Assembly (NCBI GenBank): GCA_016287155.1
Contig: JAEEWC010000022.1
Location: 1-58,121, forward strand
Direction: 5' to 3'
From: Clostridia bacterium
GTDB taxonomy: Bacteria; Bacillota; Clostridia; Christensenellales; UBA3700
Length of the DNA stretch: 58,121 bases
How positions within the stretch are numbered: the stretch's first letter is position 1; the number at the start of each line of letters is the position of its first letter. The notes below the pieces were generated by a model. The model searched no databases, was not told the DNA's origin, and was given only the letters and a program-made list of their open reading frames with translations. The position numbers were made by a program, and so were the translations under genes. Of the stretch, positions 17,341-26,946 are shown piece by piece.

Positions 17341-18912
17341 TTAAAGTTTCATCAAATTAGCAAGTTCGATAAACACTTTTGCTGTAGCTAAAGCGTCAGA
17401 TAGTGCTCTATGTGGCGTTTGATTAACTACGTTAAAGCGATTGCATAATGATTCTAAAGAATTGCTTGTTAGCCCTAATTTTGCTTCCTTAGCCATTGTT
17501 AATGTATCAAGCGTTTTATAATCAAAATCATAACCATATTCTTCAGCATAATGTTTAACAATTGGAACATCAAAACGAATTGCATTTTGACCAACTAAAA
17601 TACTATCTCTAGCGTACTTTAAAAATGGTCCTATAGCATCACGAATAATTGGAGATTCTTCGACCATCACATCAAAGATGTGTGTTAAATCTATAGATAC
17701 TTTAGAAATTGGTTCTTCTGGGTCAACTAAAGTTTCAAATGTTGATACTATTTGACCGCCCTTTATTCTTACCGCACCAATTTCAATAATCTTAGGTATT
17801 TGTCCTTTGAAATTACCACCAGTTGTTTCTAAATCAAAAACAGTAAATTCTCTTTCACGAAGTAGCGGACAAATATATGGTGCTTGATCTAATAGCGTAT
17901 ATACAGCATTTGCAGCTTCATCTTCATAAGGCTTTGGTTCAGGGACTACAGCCTTTTTAATTTGTTTTTTCATGAAGTGAATCTTATCTTGTGTTCCCTT
18001 TACATCGATAATACAGGTTGAAATTGATCTAGCAAAGAAAGATAATGCACCATTAAATGTACTTTCAACAATATCACCTTGAACGATGATATCTTGACCT
18101 GGCTGTAATTTTTCAATTGTGCTCTTTTTCTGATTCTTTCTATAGAAATACAAGCAATGCATTATTGCATTAGTTGGGTCTTTTATGTCAAAGACATAAT
18201 ATATCTTTCCTGATTTAGCTTCTTTTCTTTCTATACTCATGATATATCCGCAAACAGTTACTTCTTGAATTGCTTTTGTATATCTTGAGATATAAATTGG
18301 AGGATCTACAATGTATCCACCAATAACTGGCTCTCCACGTTTTATATTAACAATACCATCGTCAACGTATTTTGCTGCGTTATGAAGCTTGAATTCTTCC
18401 GTCGTAGGCATTTTCACGCTCTTAAACTTTATGAAGTTTTTAGCGCTGTATTTTGAGTCCAAATAGTTATTTATAGCTACAGCTACATCCTTTTGAATAC
18501 AATAGTTATAAATTGTTTCATCAACTGGGATTGTAATAGATACAATATCATTAGATATTGTGACAGCAATATCTTTAGCAACATATTTACCATTGAATAG
18601 TTTAAAATAATGCTCTCTTATATAATCTGTTACATATCTTTGAATAACTTCTGGAATGATTTTTACTTTTGCATATTTAATATGACAAACAACATTTGGA
18701 GGAACTATAGATTGTACTCCGTTTTCGATTTCAGCTTTTATATCGTTATTAAACTTCTCTTCATCGTTATAGATATCATATGGCACGATAAATGTTAAAT
18801 GTAGAGAAACTGTATTATTGTTTTTATTCTCTTCCATAGAAACATCTTCAGTTCTTAAATAACTGAATTTATCATTTGTCGCTTTATTAAATTCTATTAA
18901 GAATTTATCCAT
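17341..18912 (-). CDS. OB-fold + DEDDh 3'-5' exonuclease protein (DnaQ/PolC-exonuclease family)
   Basis: Exo I FTVFDLETTGG...IIEIGAV, Exo II GQNAIRFDVPIV and Exo III HRALSDALATAKVF at aa ~355-523. A preceding OB-like segment reads VTVCGYIMSIERKEAKSGKIYYVFDIKDPTNAIMHCLYF. Confidence 0.75.
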   Translation of the reverse strand: MDKFLIEFNKATNDKFSYLRTEDVSMEENKNNNTVSLHLTFIVPYDIYNDEEKFNNDIKAEIENGVQSIVPPNVVCHIKYAKVKIIPEVIQRYVTDYIREHYFKLFNGKYVAKDIAVTISNDIVSITIPVDETIYNYCIQKDVAVAINNYLDSKYSAKNFIKFKSVKMPTTEEFKLHNAAKYVDDGIVNIKRGEPVIGGYIVDPPIYISRYTKAIQEVTVCGYIMSIERKEAKSGKIYYVFDIKDPTNAIMHCLYFYRKNQKKSTIEKLQPGQDIIVQGDIVESTFNGALSFFARSISTCIIDVKGTQDKIHFMKKQIKKAVVPEPKPYEDEAANAVYTLLDQAPYICPLLREREFTVFDLETTGGNFKGQIPKIIEIGAVRIKGGQIVSTFETLVDPEEPISKVSIDLTHIFDVMVEESPIIRDAIGPFLKYARDSILVGQNAIRFDVPIVKHYAEEYGYDFDYKTLDTLTMAKEAKLGLTSNSLESLCNRFNVVNQTPHRALSDALATAKVFIELANLMKL

Positions 18913-19942
18913 TGAAGTTATCTACAAGCTCCTTTAGTTTGTCTAATATTTGATCGTTTGGAACAAGTGCTATTTGTTTGCCATCTTTAAAGATGATAGA
19001 TTTATCTTGGCCACCAGCAACACCAAAGTCTGAACCTTCAGATTCCCCTATTCCGTTTACTATACAGCCCATAACAGCAATCTTGATGTTCTTTTTAACA
19101 TCTTTGCAATATTCTGCAATTTGATCTGCATAACCTTGTACATTAATTTCTGTTCTTGCGCAAGTTGGACAAGAAACTATTTCACAATATGGTTTATTAT
19201 ATAAATTACATGCTTTTAAGATATTTTGAGCGGCATAAATCTCTTTTACTGGCTCATCTGTTAAAGATACTCTAATTGTATCGCCAATACCATCTACTAA
19301 TAATCCACCTATACCAATTGAGTTTTTAATTAAACCTTGTGTATATGTACCAGCTTCGGTAACGCCAATATGTAGTGGATATGGTACTAAATCGTGTAAT
19401 TTTCTATAAGCATTTATCATATTAAATACATTTGATGACTTGCAAGATATAACTATATCGTTAAAATTACAATCCTCAAGCAAATGTACGTGCTCTAGAG
19501 CGCTTTGAACCATACCATCGACCTGATTTAGATCTTTGTATTTTTTATCTAAAGAACCGCCGTTTACGCCGATTCTAATTGGAATGTTTCTTTCTTTTAA
19601 ATAATCAGCAAGATATCTAACCTTATCTAAAGATCCGATATTTCCTGGATTAATTCTAATTTTTGCTGCCCCATTATCTGCAGCAAGGATTGCAAGCGAT
19701 GATGAAAAATGTATATCAGCAACAACAGGAATGTTTACTTGTTCTACAATATGCTTTAGAGCAAGTCCACTTTCTTTATCTGGAATTGAACATCTAACCA
19801 ATTCACATCCTGCTTTTTCAAGTTCTAGGATTTGTTTTACTGTTCCATCGATATCTGTTGTTTTAGTATTTGTCATTGATTGAACAATGATATCTTTACC
19901 ACCAATTACTAAATTACCAACTTTTACTTTCTTTTCGCTCAT
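18905..19942 (-). CDS. ispG: 4-hydroxy-3-methylbut-2-en-1-yl diphosphate synthase
   Basis: Motifs CPTCART and VMGCIVNGIGE provide the Fe-S Cys ligands. MEP-pathway context with dxr. Confidence 0.95.
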   Translation of the reverse strand: MSEKKVKVGNLVIGGKDIIVQSMTNTKTTDIDGTVKQILELEKAGCELVRCSIPDKESGLALKHIVEQVNIPVVADIHFSSSLAILAADNGAAKIRINPGNIGSLDKVRYLADYLKERNIPIRIGVNGGSLDKKYKDLNQVDGMVQSALEHVHLLEDCNFNDIVISCKSSNVFNMINAYRKLHDLVPYPLHIGVTEAGTYTQGLIKNSIGIGGLLVDGIGDTIRVSLTDEPVKEIYAAQNILKACNLYNKPYCEIVSCPTCARTEINVQGYADQIAEYCKDVKKNIKIAVMGCIVNGIGESEGSDFGVAGGQDKSIIFKDGKQIALVPNDQILDKLKELVDNFNG

Positions 19943-19944
19943 AA

Positions 19945-21042
19945 TTACCCCAAGAAATGCAATAAATCAAAGGTGATGGCCATTAATATTAAAAATGCCA
20001 GTCCGCAAAGATTTATAATTGCTTCGACTTTTCTATTATTTGGTTTTCTTCTTATCCATTCTACAATACAGAATATAATTCTGCATCCATCAAGAGCTGG
20101 GAATGGTAATAAATTCATAACACCAACTGACGCTGAAAGCACACAGACTCCAAACATTACTGCTGCAAATCCATTCTTTGCAAGCTCAGTTAATGCAGAT
20201 ATTGCTGTTATTGTACCACCCATTGACTCAGAAACCTTTGCTGTTCCCTTAAATAGAGACACAAATGTCTTGAATATTAAGCATATTTCGTCCCATGTGA
20301 ATTCAAATGCGTGTGTAAATGCTCTAAAGAATGGTAATTTTGTTTCATAATATCTAGCAGATATACCAACACCTGTACCAGACATTTCAACTACATTACC
20401 TTGTTCATCTACATATGTTCCATAATAATCCTTAATTGGAACGACAAGTTCAATAATCTCTCCGTTTCTCTCAACAGTTGCTACAACAGAATCTTTTCCA
20501 GTATATAGCGTTCTTAATTTTGCTGGATTTGTTAATGAATAAACATATTCACCATCTATTTGATAAATAATATCTCCAACTTCAAATTGTTGTTCATAAG
20601 ATTCATCTACATAATCATATGTTCTTGCAACTTGTGGAACAAAGTCGCCAAAAGCTACGAAGAATATAGTGATAAATAGAATTGCGCTCAATAGGTTCAT
20701 AAAAGCACCAGCAAATAGCACAATTATTCTTTGCCATACTGGCTTATTATTAAACGCATCTTCTGATGGATTATCTTCATCTTCTCCCTCAAATTGACAA
20801 TAACCGCCAAGAGGAATCCATCTTATTGAGAATTTTTCTCCAGTTGTTTTACTAACTCTTTGGAATATCTTTGGCCCAAATCCAATAGAATATTCTAATA
20901 TTTTAAAATGAAATAATTTGCCCGCAACATAGTGTCCTGTCTCATGAATCATAATCATGAACATCAAACAGAAGATAGCTATAATAATATAGCCAATCCA
21001 TTTAAAAACTTCTGCAGCTGATATTGCGGCTAAAAACATCAT
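19945..21042 (-). CDS. rseP: RIP metalloprotease RseP (site-2 protease, M50)
   Basis: HETGHY (HExxH) inside TM1, a central PDZ-like region and a C-terminal LLPFPALDG motif. Confidence 0.9.
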   Translation of the reverse strand: MMFLAAISAAEVFKWIGYIIIAIFCLMFMIMIHETGHYVAGKLFHFKILEYSIGFGPKIFQRVSKTTGEKFSIRWIPLGGYCQFEGEDEDNPSEDAFNNKPVWQRIIVLFAGAFMNLLSAILFITIFFVAFGDFVPQVARTYDYVDESYEQQFEVGDIIYQIDGEYVYSLTNPAKLRTLYTGKDSVVATVERNGEIIELVVPIKDYYGTYVDEQGNVVEMSGTGVGISARYYETKLPFFRAFTHAFEFTWDEICLIFKTFVSLFKGTAKVSESMGGTITAISALTELAKNGFAAVMFGVCVLSASVGVMNLLPFPALDGCRIIFCIVEWIRRKPNNRKVEAIINLCGLAFLILMAITFDLLHFLG

Positions 21043-22166
21043 ATGCTTTTCTTAATAAACTCCCTAACATCGTAATCTACTCTTTGAATATTAAATAGAG
21101 TCAAAGAATCTTCTGATGCAAATTTGTCTAAAGCTTTTTGAATATTGTCAGATATATCATAGAACTTGATTTTATCTTTTAGATAAAGTTGTACTAATTC
21201 TTCATTTGCAGCATTCATAATAGTTGGAGCAAGTCCTCTCTTTGCCGCTACATCCAAAGCGATTTTTAAACATGGGAATGTTTCTAAATCAGCTGTTTCA
21301 AAATGAAGAGTTAAATCTTTAAAAGATAAAGGTGAGAATAAATAATCTCCTCTCTTTGGATAATTTAGAGCTACTTGAATAGGAAGCTTCATATCTGGAT
21401 AAGATAATTGGCCAATTATAGAGCCATCCTTGTATTGAATCATACTATGAACAATACTTTCCTTGTGCACTATAATTTCGATGTCCTTTGGGCTCATATT
21501 GAATAAATGCATAGCTTCAATAACTTCAAGACCTTTATTCATTAAAGTTGCGCTATCTATTGTAACCTTATTTCCCATATTCCAAGTAGGATGCTTTAGC
21601 GCATCTTGAGCTCTAAGATTCTTAATTTCGTCCTTTGTTTTTCCTCTAAATGCACCACCTGAAGCAGTTAAAAGGATTTTGTCTATCTTTTTGTCTTTAT
21701 TAAAATCTAAACATTGCCAAATAGCAGAATGTTCTGAATCTACAGGAAGAATATCTATATTGTTATCTTTTGCAAGTTTCATAACAATATCTCCGCCTGT
21801 AACTAAAGTTTCTTTATTAGCAAGTGCTATTGTTGTACCAAATTTTAGAGCTGTAATTGTTGGAGATAATCCCTCAATACCAACTAGCGCATTTAATAAG
21901 ATATCGCACTCTACAGTACATAGAGATGTAATAGCTAAATCTCCATCAAATAGTGTGAAATCTCCCTTTGGTAAACGTTGAGCTGCTTTTTCATCAGAAA
22001 CAGCTACATATTTTGGTTTGAATTCTTGAATTTGTTTTTGTAGTAATAAAATATTTGAATTACATGCCAAGCCAACTACTTCAAACTCATCTTTGTATTG
22101 ACGAATAACATCTAGAGTTTGTGTACCAATTGATCCTGTTGAACCTAATATAACTACTCTTTTCAT
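21039..22166 (-). CDS. dxr: 1-deoxy-D-xylulose-5-phosphate reductoisomerase
   Basis: Motifs ILGSTGSIGTQTLDV, LANKETLV and VDSEHSAIWQC. Confidence 0.95.
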   Translation of the reverse strand: MKRVVILGSTGSIGTQTLDVIRQYKDEFEVVGLACNSNILLLQKQIQEFKPKYVAVSDEKAAQRLPKGDFTLFDGDLAITSLCTVECDILLNALVGIEGLSPTITALKFGTTIALANKETLVTGGDIVMKLAKDNNIDILPVDSEHSAIWQCLDFNKDKKIDKILLTASGGAFRGKTKDEIKNLRAQDALKHPTWNMGNKVTIDSATLMNKGLEVIEAMHLFNMSPKDIEIIVHKESIVHSMIQYKDGSIIGQLSYPDMKLPIQVALNYPKRGDYLFSPLSFKDLTLHFETADLETFPCLKIALDVAAKRGLAPTIMNAANEELVQLYLKDKIKFYDISDNIQKALDKFASEDSLTLFNIQRVDYDVREFIKKSI

Positions 22167-22167
22167 A

Positions 22168-23025
22168 CTAAATCCTTGTTATTATTTCAGCGAAGCATAG
22201 AACGATAGGAATACTAACGATAACACTATCTAATCTATCCATAAATCCGCCATGTCCTGGGAATATAGAACCATAGTCTTTAATTCCTGCTTTTCTTTTA
22301 ATCCAAGATGCGATTAAATCACCAATTTCACAAATAGGACCAGCAATAACACCTAAAGCAATATAGATTAATGCTGATTTCCAATATGCATCAGTTAATG
22401 CAAATTCTTCTACATACTTAAATGAAGCAAATACATTTGTAACGTCAAATAGTACGAAGATTAATAGCGCACCAATAATAGCTCCAACAATACCACCGAT
22501 TCCGCCTGCAATAGTCTTTTTAGGGCTAATCTCTGGACATAGCTTCTTGCCTCCAATAAGCATTCCACTAAAGTATGCCATTGTATCTGTAAATACTGGG
22601 ATAAAGATTGTAAGCAAAATTGCATATAAACCAATCTCCAAATTGTTCATTATTATAAATAATGACATTGGTAGAATTGGATAGAACAATATAAATATTG
22701 ATGCAAATACATCTTTTAATTCGTATTTATGATCAAATGTAAATACAGCAAGTTCAATTAGAACAAATGCTGTTATAGATAATGCTAATGCTAAATAGCC
22801 AAAGAAATAAGTTAATACTGTTATAACTACAGCAGCACAAAGATTAATCCATTTCATAATCTTATATTCTGCTTTAGCTAATGCATCGCACATTTCATAT
22901 GCACCGGCAATTGTAACTACAGCAATAAATCCGGCTAATATAGCTGGATGAATTTGTCTTAATCCTAAGATAAAGCCAAATACAACAACTATCATAACTA
23001 AAGCTGTTAAGATTCTCTTTAACAT
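22168..23025 (-). CDS. cdsA: phosphatidate cytidylyltransferase
   Basis: SWIKRKAGIKDYGSIFPGHGGFMDRLDS signature. Multi-TM protein. Confidence 0.95.
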   Translation of the reverse strand: MLKRILTALVMIVVVFGFILGLRQIHPAILAGFIAVVTIAGAYEMCDALAKAEYKIMKWINLCAAVVITVLTYFFGYLALALSITAFVLIELAVFTFDHKYELKDVFASIFILFYPILPMSLFIIMNNLEIGLYAILLTIFIPVFTDTMAYFSGMLIGGKKLCPEISPKKTIAGGIGGIVGAIIGALLIFVLFDVTNVFASFKYVEEFALTDAYWKSALIYIALGVIAGPICEIGDLIASWIKRKAGIKDYGSIFPGHGGFMDRLDSVIVSIPIVLCFAEIITRI

Positions 23026-23026
23026 A

Positions 23027-23719
23027 TTACCTCAAATCTCCAAAACGACGATTACGCTTTGAATACTCACTAATTATATAATCTATAGATTTTTCATCCA
23101 TGTCTGGCCATAGAGTATCCATGAATAATAATTCTGAATAAGCTAATTGCCATAACATAAAGTTTGAAATTCTCTCTTCTCCAGATGTTCTAACGATGAT
23201 ATCTGGATCTGGAAGCCCGCTTGTATAAATACAATCAGACAACATTTGCTCATCGATTTTAGAGATTCCAGATTGCAATATATAATTAACGGCATTTACA
23301 ATTTCTTGTCTTCCACCGTAATTTAATGCAATGTTTACTATCATGCCTGTGTTGTTCTTGCCGCTTTCTCTAATCTTATTTAAAGCATCTTGTGTAGATT
23401 TTGGAAGTAAAGATAAATCTCCCATAAACATAACTCTACAATTTCTATCAACATATTTTTTTAATTCAGTTTCAGCAAATTGTTCAACTAATTTAAATAT
23501 AGCATCTATTTCTTCTTGAGGTCTTTTCCAATTCTCAGTAGAAAAAGCATAGAAAGTACACATTTGTACGCCCTTATCTTGGCATGCCATAACAACTTTC
23601 TTTAATGCTTCAACTCCAGCTTTATGTCCAGCTTTTCTAGGAAGTAGTCTCTTTTTAGCCCATCTTCCGTTGCCGTCCATAATAAATGCTATATGTTTTG
23701 GTATCTTTATCTCTTCCAT
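23027..23719 (-). CDS. uppS: isoprenyl transferase (undecaprenyl diphosphate synthase)
   Basis: HIAFIMDGNGRWA and RTSGEERISNFMLWQ motifs. Confidence 0.95.
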   Translation of the reverse strand: MEEIKIPKHIAFIMDGNGRWAKKRLLPRKAGHKAGVEALKKVVMACQDKGVQMCTFYAFSTENWKRPQEEIDAIFKLVEQFAETELKKYVDRNCRVMFMGDLSLLPKSTQDALNKIRESGKNNTGMIVNIALNYGGRQEIVNAVNYILQSGISKIDEQMLSDCIYTSGLPDPDIIVRTSGEERISNFMLWQLAYSELLFMDTLWPDMDEKSIDYIISEYSKRNRRFGDLR

Positions 23720-23795
23720 AATCCCTTATAAAGTGACGACAAGCTGAGCGCTCGTGCGCCAGCTTGCCCGAATTTCTATATTAAATGAAACAAGC

Positions 23796-24368
23796 TTATA
23801 CGCTCATTATTTCGTCTTCTTTTTCCTTTGTCATCTTATCAACTTTTTCAATTGCTTGAGCGATGTTCTTATCTACATCCTTTTCAAGTGTTGATTGTTC
23901 GTCTTCAGAAATCAATTTATCCTTGTTTAATTTCTTTAAAGCATCGTTAGCATCACGTCTTGCGTTTCTGATTTGAACTTTGATGTTTTCAGCAGCAGCC
24001 TTAACTTGCTTTGCAAGTTCCTTTCTTCTTTCAGCTGTTAATTCTGGGAATACTAATCTAATGTTCTTACCATCGTTTGTTGGTGTAATACCGATGTTAG
24101 CAGCAAGGATTGCCTTTTCTACGCTCTTTAGGGCACTTTGATCCCAAACTGCGATCATAAGCATTCTTGCTTCTGGAACAGTAACATTACCAATTTGCTT
24201 AATTGGAGTTGGAGTTCCATAATAATCAACCATAATCTTATCTAGAATATGTGGATTTGCACGTCCAGCTTTCATTTCATTAAATTCGTGAATTAATGCT
24301 TCAATACTCTTGTTTGTTTTTTCATCTAGAGTATCAAACACTTCTAAAACTTCTATACTATCTAGCAT
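23796..24368 (-). CDS. frr: ribosome recycling factor
   Basis: Typical RRF sequence (GRANPHILDKIMVDYYGTPTPI...). Sits in frr-uppS-cdsA synteny. Confidence 0.95.
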   Translation of the reverse strand: MLDSIEVLEVFDTLDEKTNKSIEALIHEFNEMKAGRANPHILDKIMVDYYGTPTPIKQIGNVTVPEARMLMIAVWDQSALKSVEKAILAANIGITPTNDGKNIRLVFPELTAERRKELAKQVKAAAENIKVQIRNARRDANDALKKLNKDKLISEDEQSTLEKDVDKNIAQAIEKVDKMTKEKEDEIMSV

Positions 24369-24464
24369 AATAAATCTCCTTAGTTATTTGCTAAAAATAG
24401 TATAACAAACAAACCTAAGTTTTACAATATTTAAAATTATAATAATATAAATAGCGCGTAATAA

Positions 24465-26066
24465 TTAAGATACTTGAATTGAATAAGTAAGGATTTGTCT
24501 TAGCTTATATGTCGTGTAATTATTTTCGTAAGTCACAATTACCTTATAAATTCCACTTTCTAAGTTTGAAATAGATGCTGTATTTGCATTCTTTGCATAA
24601 TAGATGTAATCGCCATCAGAATTTTGAATCTTAATTGAATAGAATTCATCTTGAGCAACCACATTTATATTCTTATTTGTGGAAGTTACTTTAACAACAT
24701 AGCTCTTATCTGGATCGGCAACGCCACCAGTTACAATTGTTCCACCAGTGTAATTATCATAATAATTTTGAACATATGAGCCAACAGTCTTTGCAAGGTA
24801 TAATCCTAATTCCTTTAAATATTCGTTATAATATGCACCATAAACCAATTCTTGATATGTATAAGATGTATAAGATAATTCGTAATAATTGTACTTAGGT
24901 ACAATAATTGATATTTTTGCTTCATCATTACCATATGCACCGTTGATTGTTCCGTTGAACATATCGTATGAAATCATAACTTCTTTATTGTTTGTAGTTG
25001 TGAATCTATAAACAAAAGAAACTGTTGCATTAGATACATTCAAAGATACACTTGTAGGATATGTAGCGTTGAATTTGTATGTTGATTTAAAATCAGTTGT
25101 ATCAATACTAATTTGAGTATTGTTTAAATTTTGTAGAATTGAATAATTGCTACTTACAACCTTACCATAAATATTAACACTCTTTGTAACATTCTTATTG
25201 AAGTTATATTTTGTCTTGAAAGCTGATGTTGTATACCATCCGTAGAAGTCACCAGAGCCTGTATATTCTAATTCTAATACCTTACCTGATGAATATAACG
25301 TCTTGTATGGAGATGATGAATTACCAACGTAATAATTGATTGTATATAATTTATCTTCAAACACAGCAGTAAATGTCATGTCCTTATCTACAACTTGACC
25401 AGCTTGTGCTCTATTTCCTTCTTCGTCTTGCCAATAGATGAATGTATATCCGTCTTTTTCTGGCGTTGGAGCTAATTGTAATTTATCTCCTTCTCCGTAT
25501 TTATAAGAATTAACTACTTCACCATCTACAATAAATTCAACTTCGCTTTGCATTTCAAATACGGCATCAAATCTTATAGATGCAGTATCTGAATCTAAAT
25601 CGGCTAAATCGTATGGGAATGTAACAATTTTATTATCTAAAGCCCAGTATCTGAAAATGCATCCATCTTTAGATGGAGAAACATCTGGAGTATAAACTAA
25701 TTCATCTGATTCATAATCCCATGTTTCATAGTTCACGCCATCAACATAGAAAGAAACGCTTATCCAACGTGTAGCATAAGCATAAAACACAAGATCTGTA
25801 GTTCCAACTTGATATGGGAATATGGCATTCTTCTTTTTGCCATTAACAGTCCAATGAGAAATTGTATAATTTAAATATTCGTATATTTGTGGATCATTGA
25901 TATAATCGCCAGTTTTATATGTAGCTTCTTGAACAACGTTTTCGCCAACCATGAATTTGACGTTAACGTCAACCTTCTCTCCCGAATCATCTCCGCAAGC
26001 GACTAATAACGATATAGACAAAAATAAAACCATTACAATTAGTAATGAAAATACAACCTTTTTCAT
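24465..26066 (-). CDS. lipoprotein with Listeria-Bacteroides-type repeats
   Basis: Signal peptide with lipobox LLVAC. Repeat signatures KDGCIFRYW... and KDGYTFIYWQDEEGN...TFTAVF. Start at MKKVVF; the ORF track extends the frame to 26081. Confidence 0.7.
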   Translation of the reverse strand: MKKVVFSLLIVMVLFLSISLLVACGDDSGEKVDVNVKFMVGENVVQEATYKTGDYINDPQIYEYLNYTISHWTVNGKKKNAIFPYQVGTTDLVFYAYATRWISVSFYVDGVNYETWDYESDELVYTPDVSPSKDGCIFRYWALDNKIVTFPYDLADLDSDTASIRFDAVFEMQSEVEFIVDGEVVNSYKYGEGDKLQLAPTPEKDGYTFIYWQDEEGNRAQAGQVVDKDMTFTAVFEDKLYTINYYVGNSSSPYKTLYSSGKVLELEYTGSGDFYGWYTTSAFKTKYNFNKNVTKSVNIYGKVVSSNYSILQNLNNTQISIDTTDFKSTYKFNATYPTSVSLNVSNATVSFVYRFTTTNNKEVMISYDMFNGTINGAYGNDEAKISIIVPKYNYYELSYTSYTYQELVYGAYYNEYLKELGLYLAKTVGSYVQNYYDNYTGGTIVTGGVADPDKSYVVKVTSTNKNINVVAQDEFYSIKIQNSDGDYIYYAKNANTASISNLESGIYKVIVTYENNYTTYKLRQILTYSIQVS

Positions 26067-26157
26067 TGCACTTCCTATCAATTTTCAAGTATTATAATTT
26101 GCCCCGCTTAAAAATAATATAATTTGATAGTATAAATTTTAGAATTTTTAAATATTA

Positions 26158-26862
26158 TTAATTATGAATTAACGTTCCTATCTTTTCACCTTTAGCTGCC
26201 CTTAAAATACTGTCCTTTTCCTTTAGGCCAAAAGCTACGATTGGAATATTATTATCCATGCATAATGTAATAGCTGTAGTGTCCATTGCTTGTAGTCCTT
26301 GAGCAATAACATCTTTATAAGTAATATCATCATACTTCTTAGCGTTTGGATTCTTCTTTGGATCTGAATCATAAACACCATCGATGTTCTTTGCTAATAG
26401 TAAAACGTCTGCATGGATTTCAGCGGCTCTTAATGACGCAGCTGTGTCTGTGCTGAAGAATGGATTTCCAGTACCTGCTGCGAATATTACGACTCTACCT
26501 TTTTCGAAATGTCTTAAGGCTTTTCTTAAAATATATGGCTCAGCAATTCTAGTAATTGTTAAAGCTGTTTGTACTCTTGCAGAAATACCTGCTGCTTCTA
26601 GAGCATCTTGCATAGCAATAGCGTTCATAATTGTGGCTAACATTCCCATGTGGTCTGCAGCAGATCTATCCATAGTAGAATCGTGTTGCTTACCTCTCCA
26701 GAAGTTTCCTCCTCCGATAACTAGACCTACATCAATACCTTCGTCTCTAACCTTTTTAATTTGATCTACAACGGCCTTGATTGTTACATCGTCTAAACCG
26801 AATCCTTTATCTCCTGATAATGCTTCTCCACTGATTTTAATAAGTGCTCTCTTGTATGCCAT
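26158..26862 (-). CDS. pyrH: UMP kinase
   Basis: Motifs [16 protein letters not shown] and GNPFFSTDT. Start at MAYKRALIK; the ORF track extends the frame to 26880. Confidence 0.95.
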   Translation of the reverse strand: MAYKRALIKISGEALSGDKGFGLDDVTIKAVVDQIKKVRDEGIDVGLVIGGGNFWRGKQHDSTMDRSAADHMGMLATIMNAIAMQDALEAAGISARVQTALTITRIAEPYILRKALRHFEKGRVVIFAAGTGNPFFSTDTAASLRAAEIHADVLLLAKNIDGVYDSDPKKNPNAKKYDDITYKDVIAQGLQAMDTTAITLCMDNNIPIVAFGLKEKDSILRAAKGEKIGTLIHN

Positions 26863-26910
26863 ATAAAAATTACTCCTCAAGTTTTCTAATATTTAGTATA
26901 CCATAAATAT

Positions 26911-26939
26911 AAAAAAGGGGGAAACCCGAAGGTTTCCCG
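26911..26939 (-). terminator. intrinsic terminator after tsf
   Basis: Minus strand: GGGAAACC-TTCG-GGTTTCCC followed by CC and T6. Confidence 0.8.
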
Positions 26940-26946
26940 ACTTTCA

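Noticed and set aside
17341-18912. Reading the 523-aa gene as a truncated polC pseudogene
   Set aside because: The ORF is intact, overlaps ispG like a coupled gene, ends with a complete Exo III motif and lacks any PHP remnant. I treat it as a functional gene and report it as a finding, not a pseudogene.
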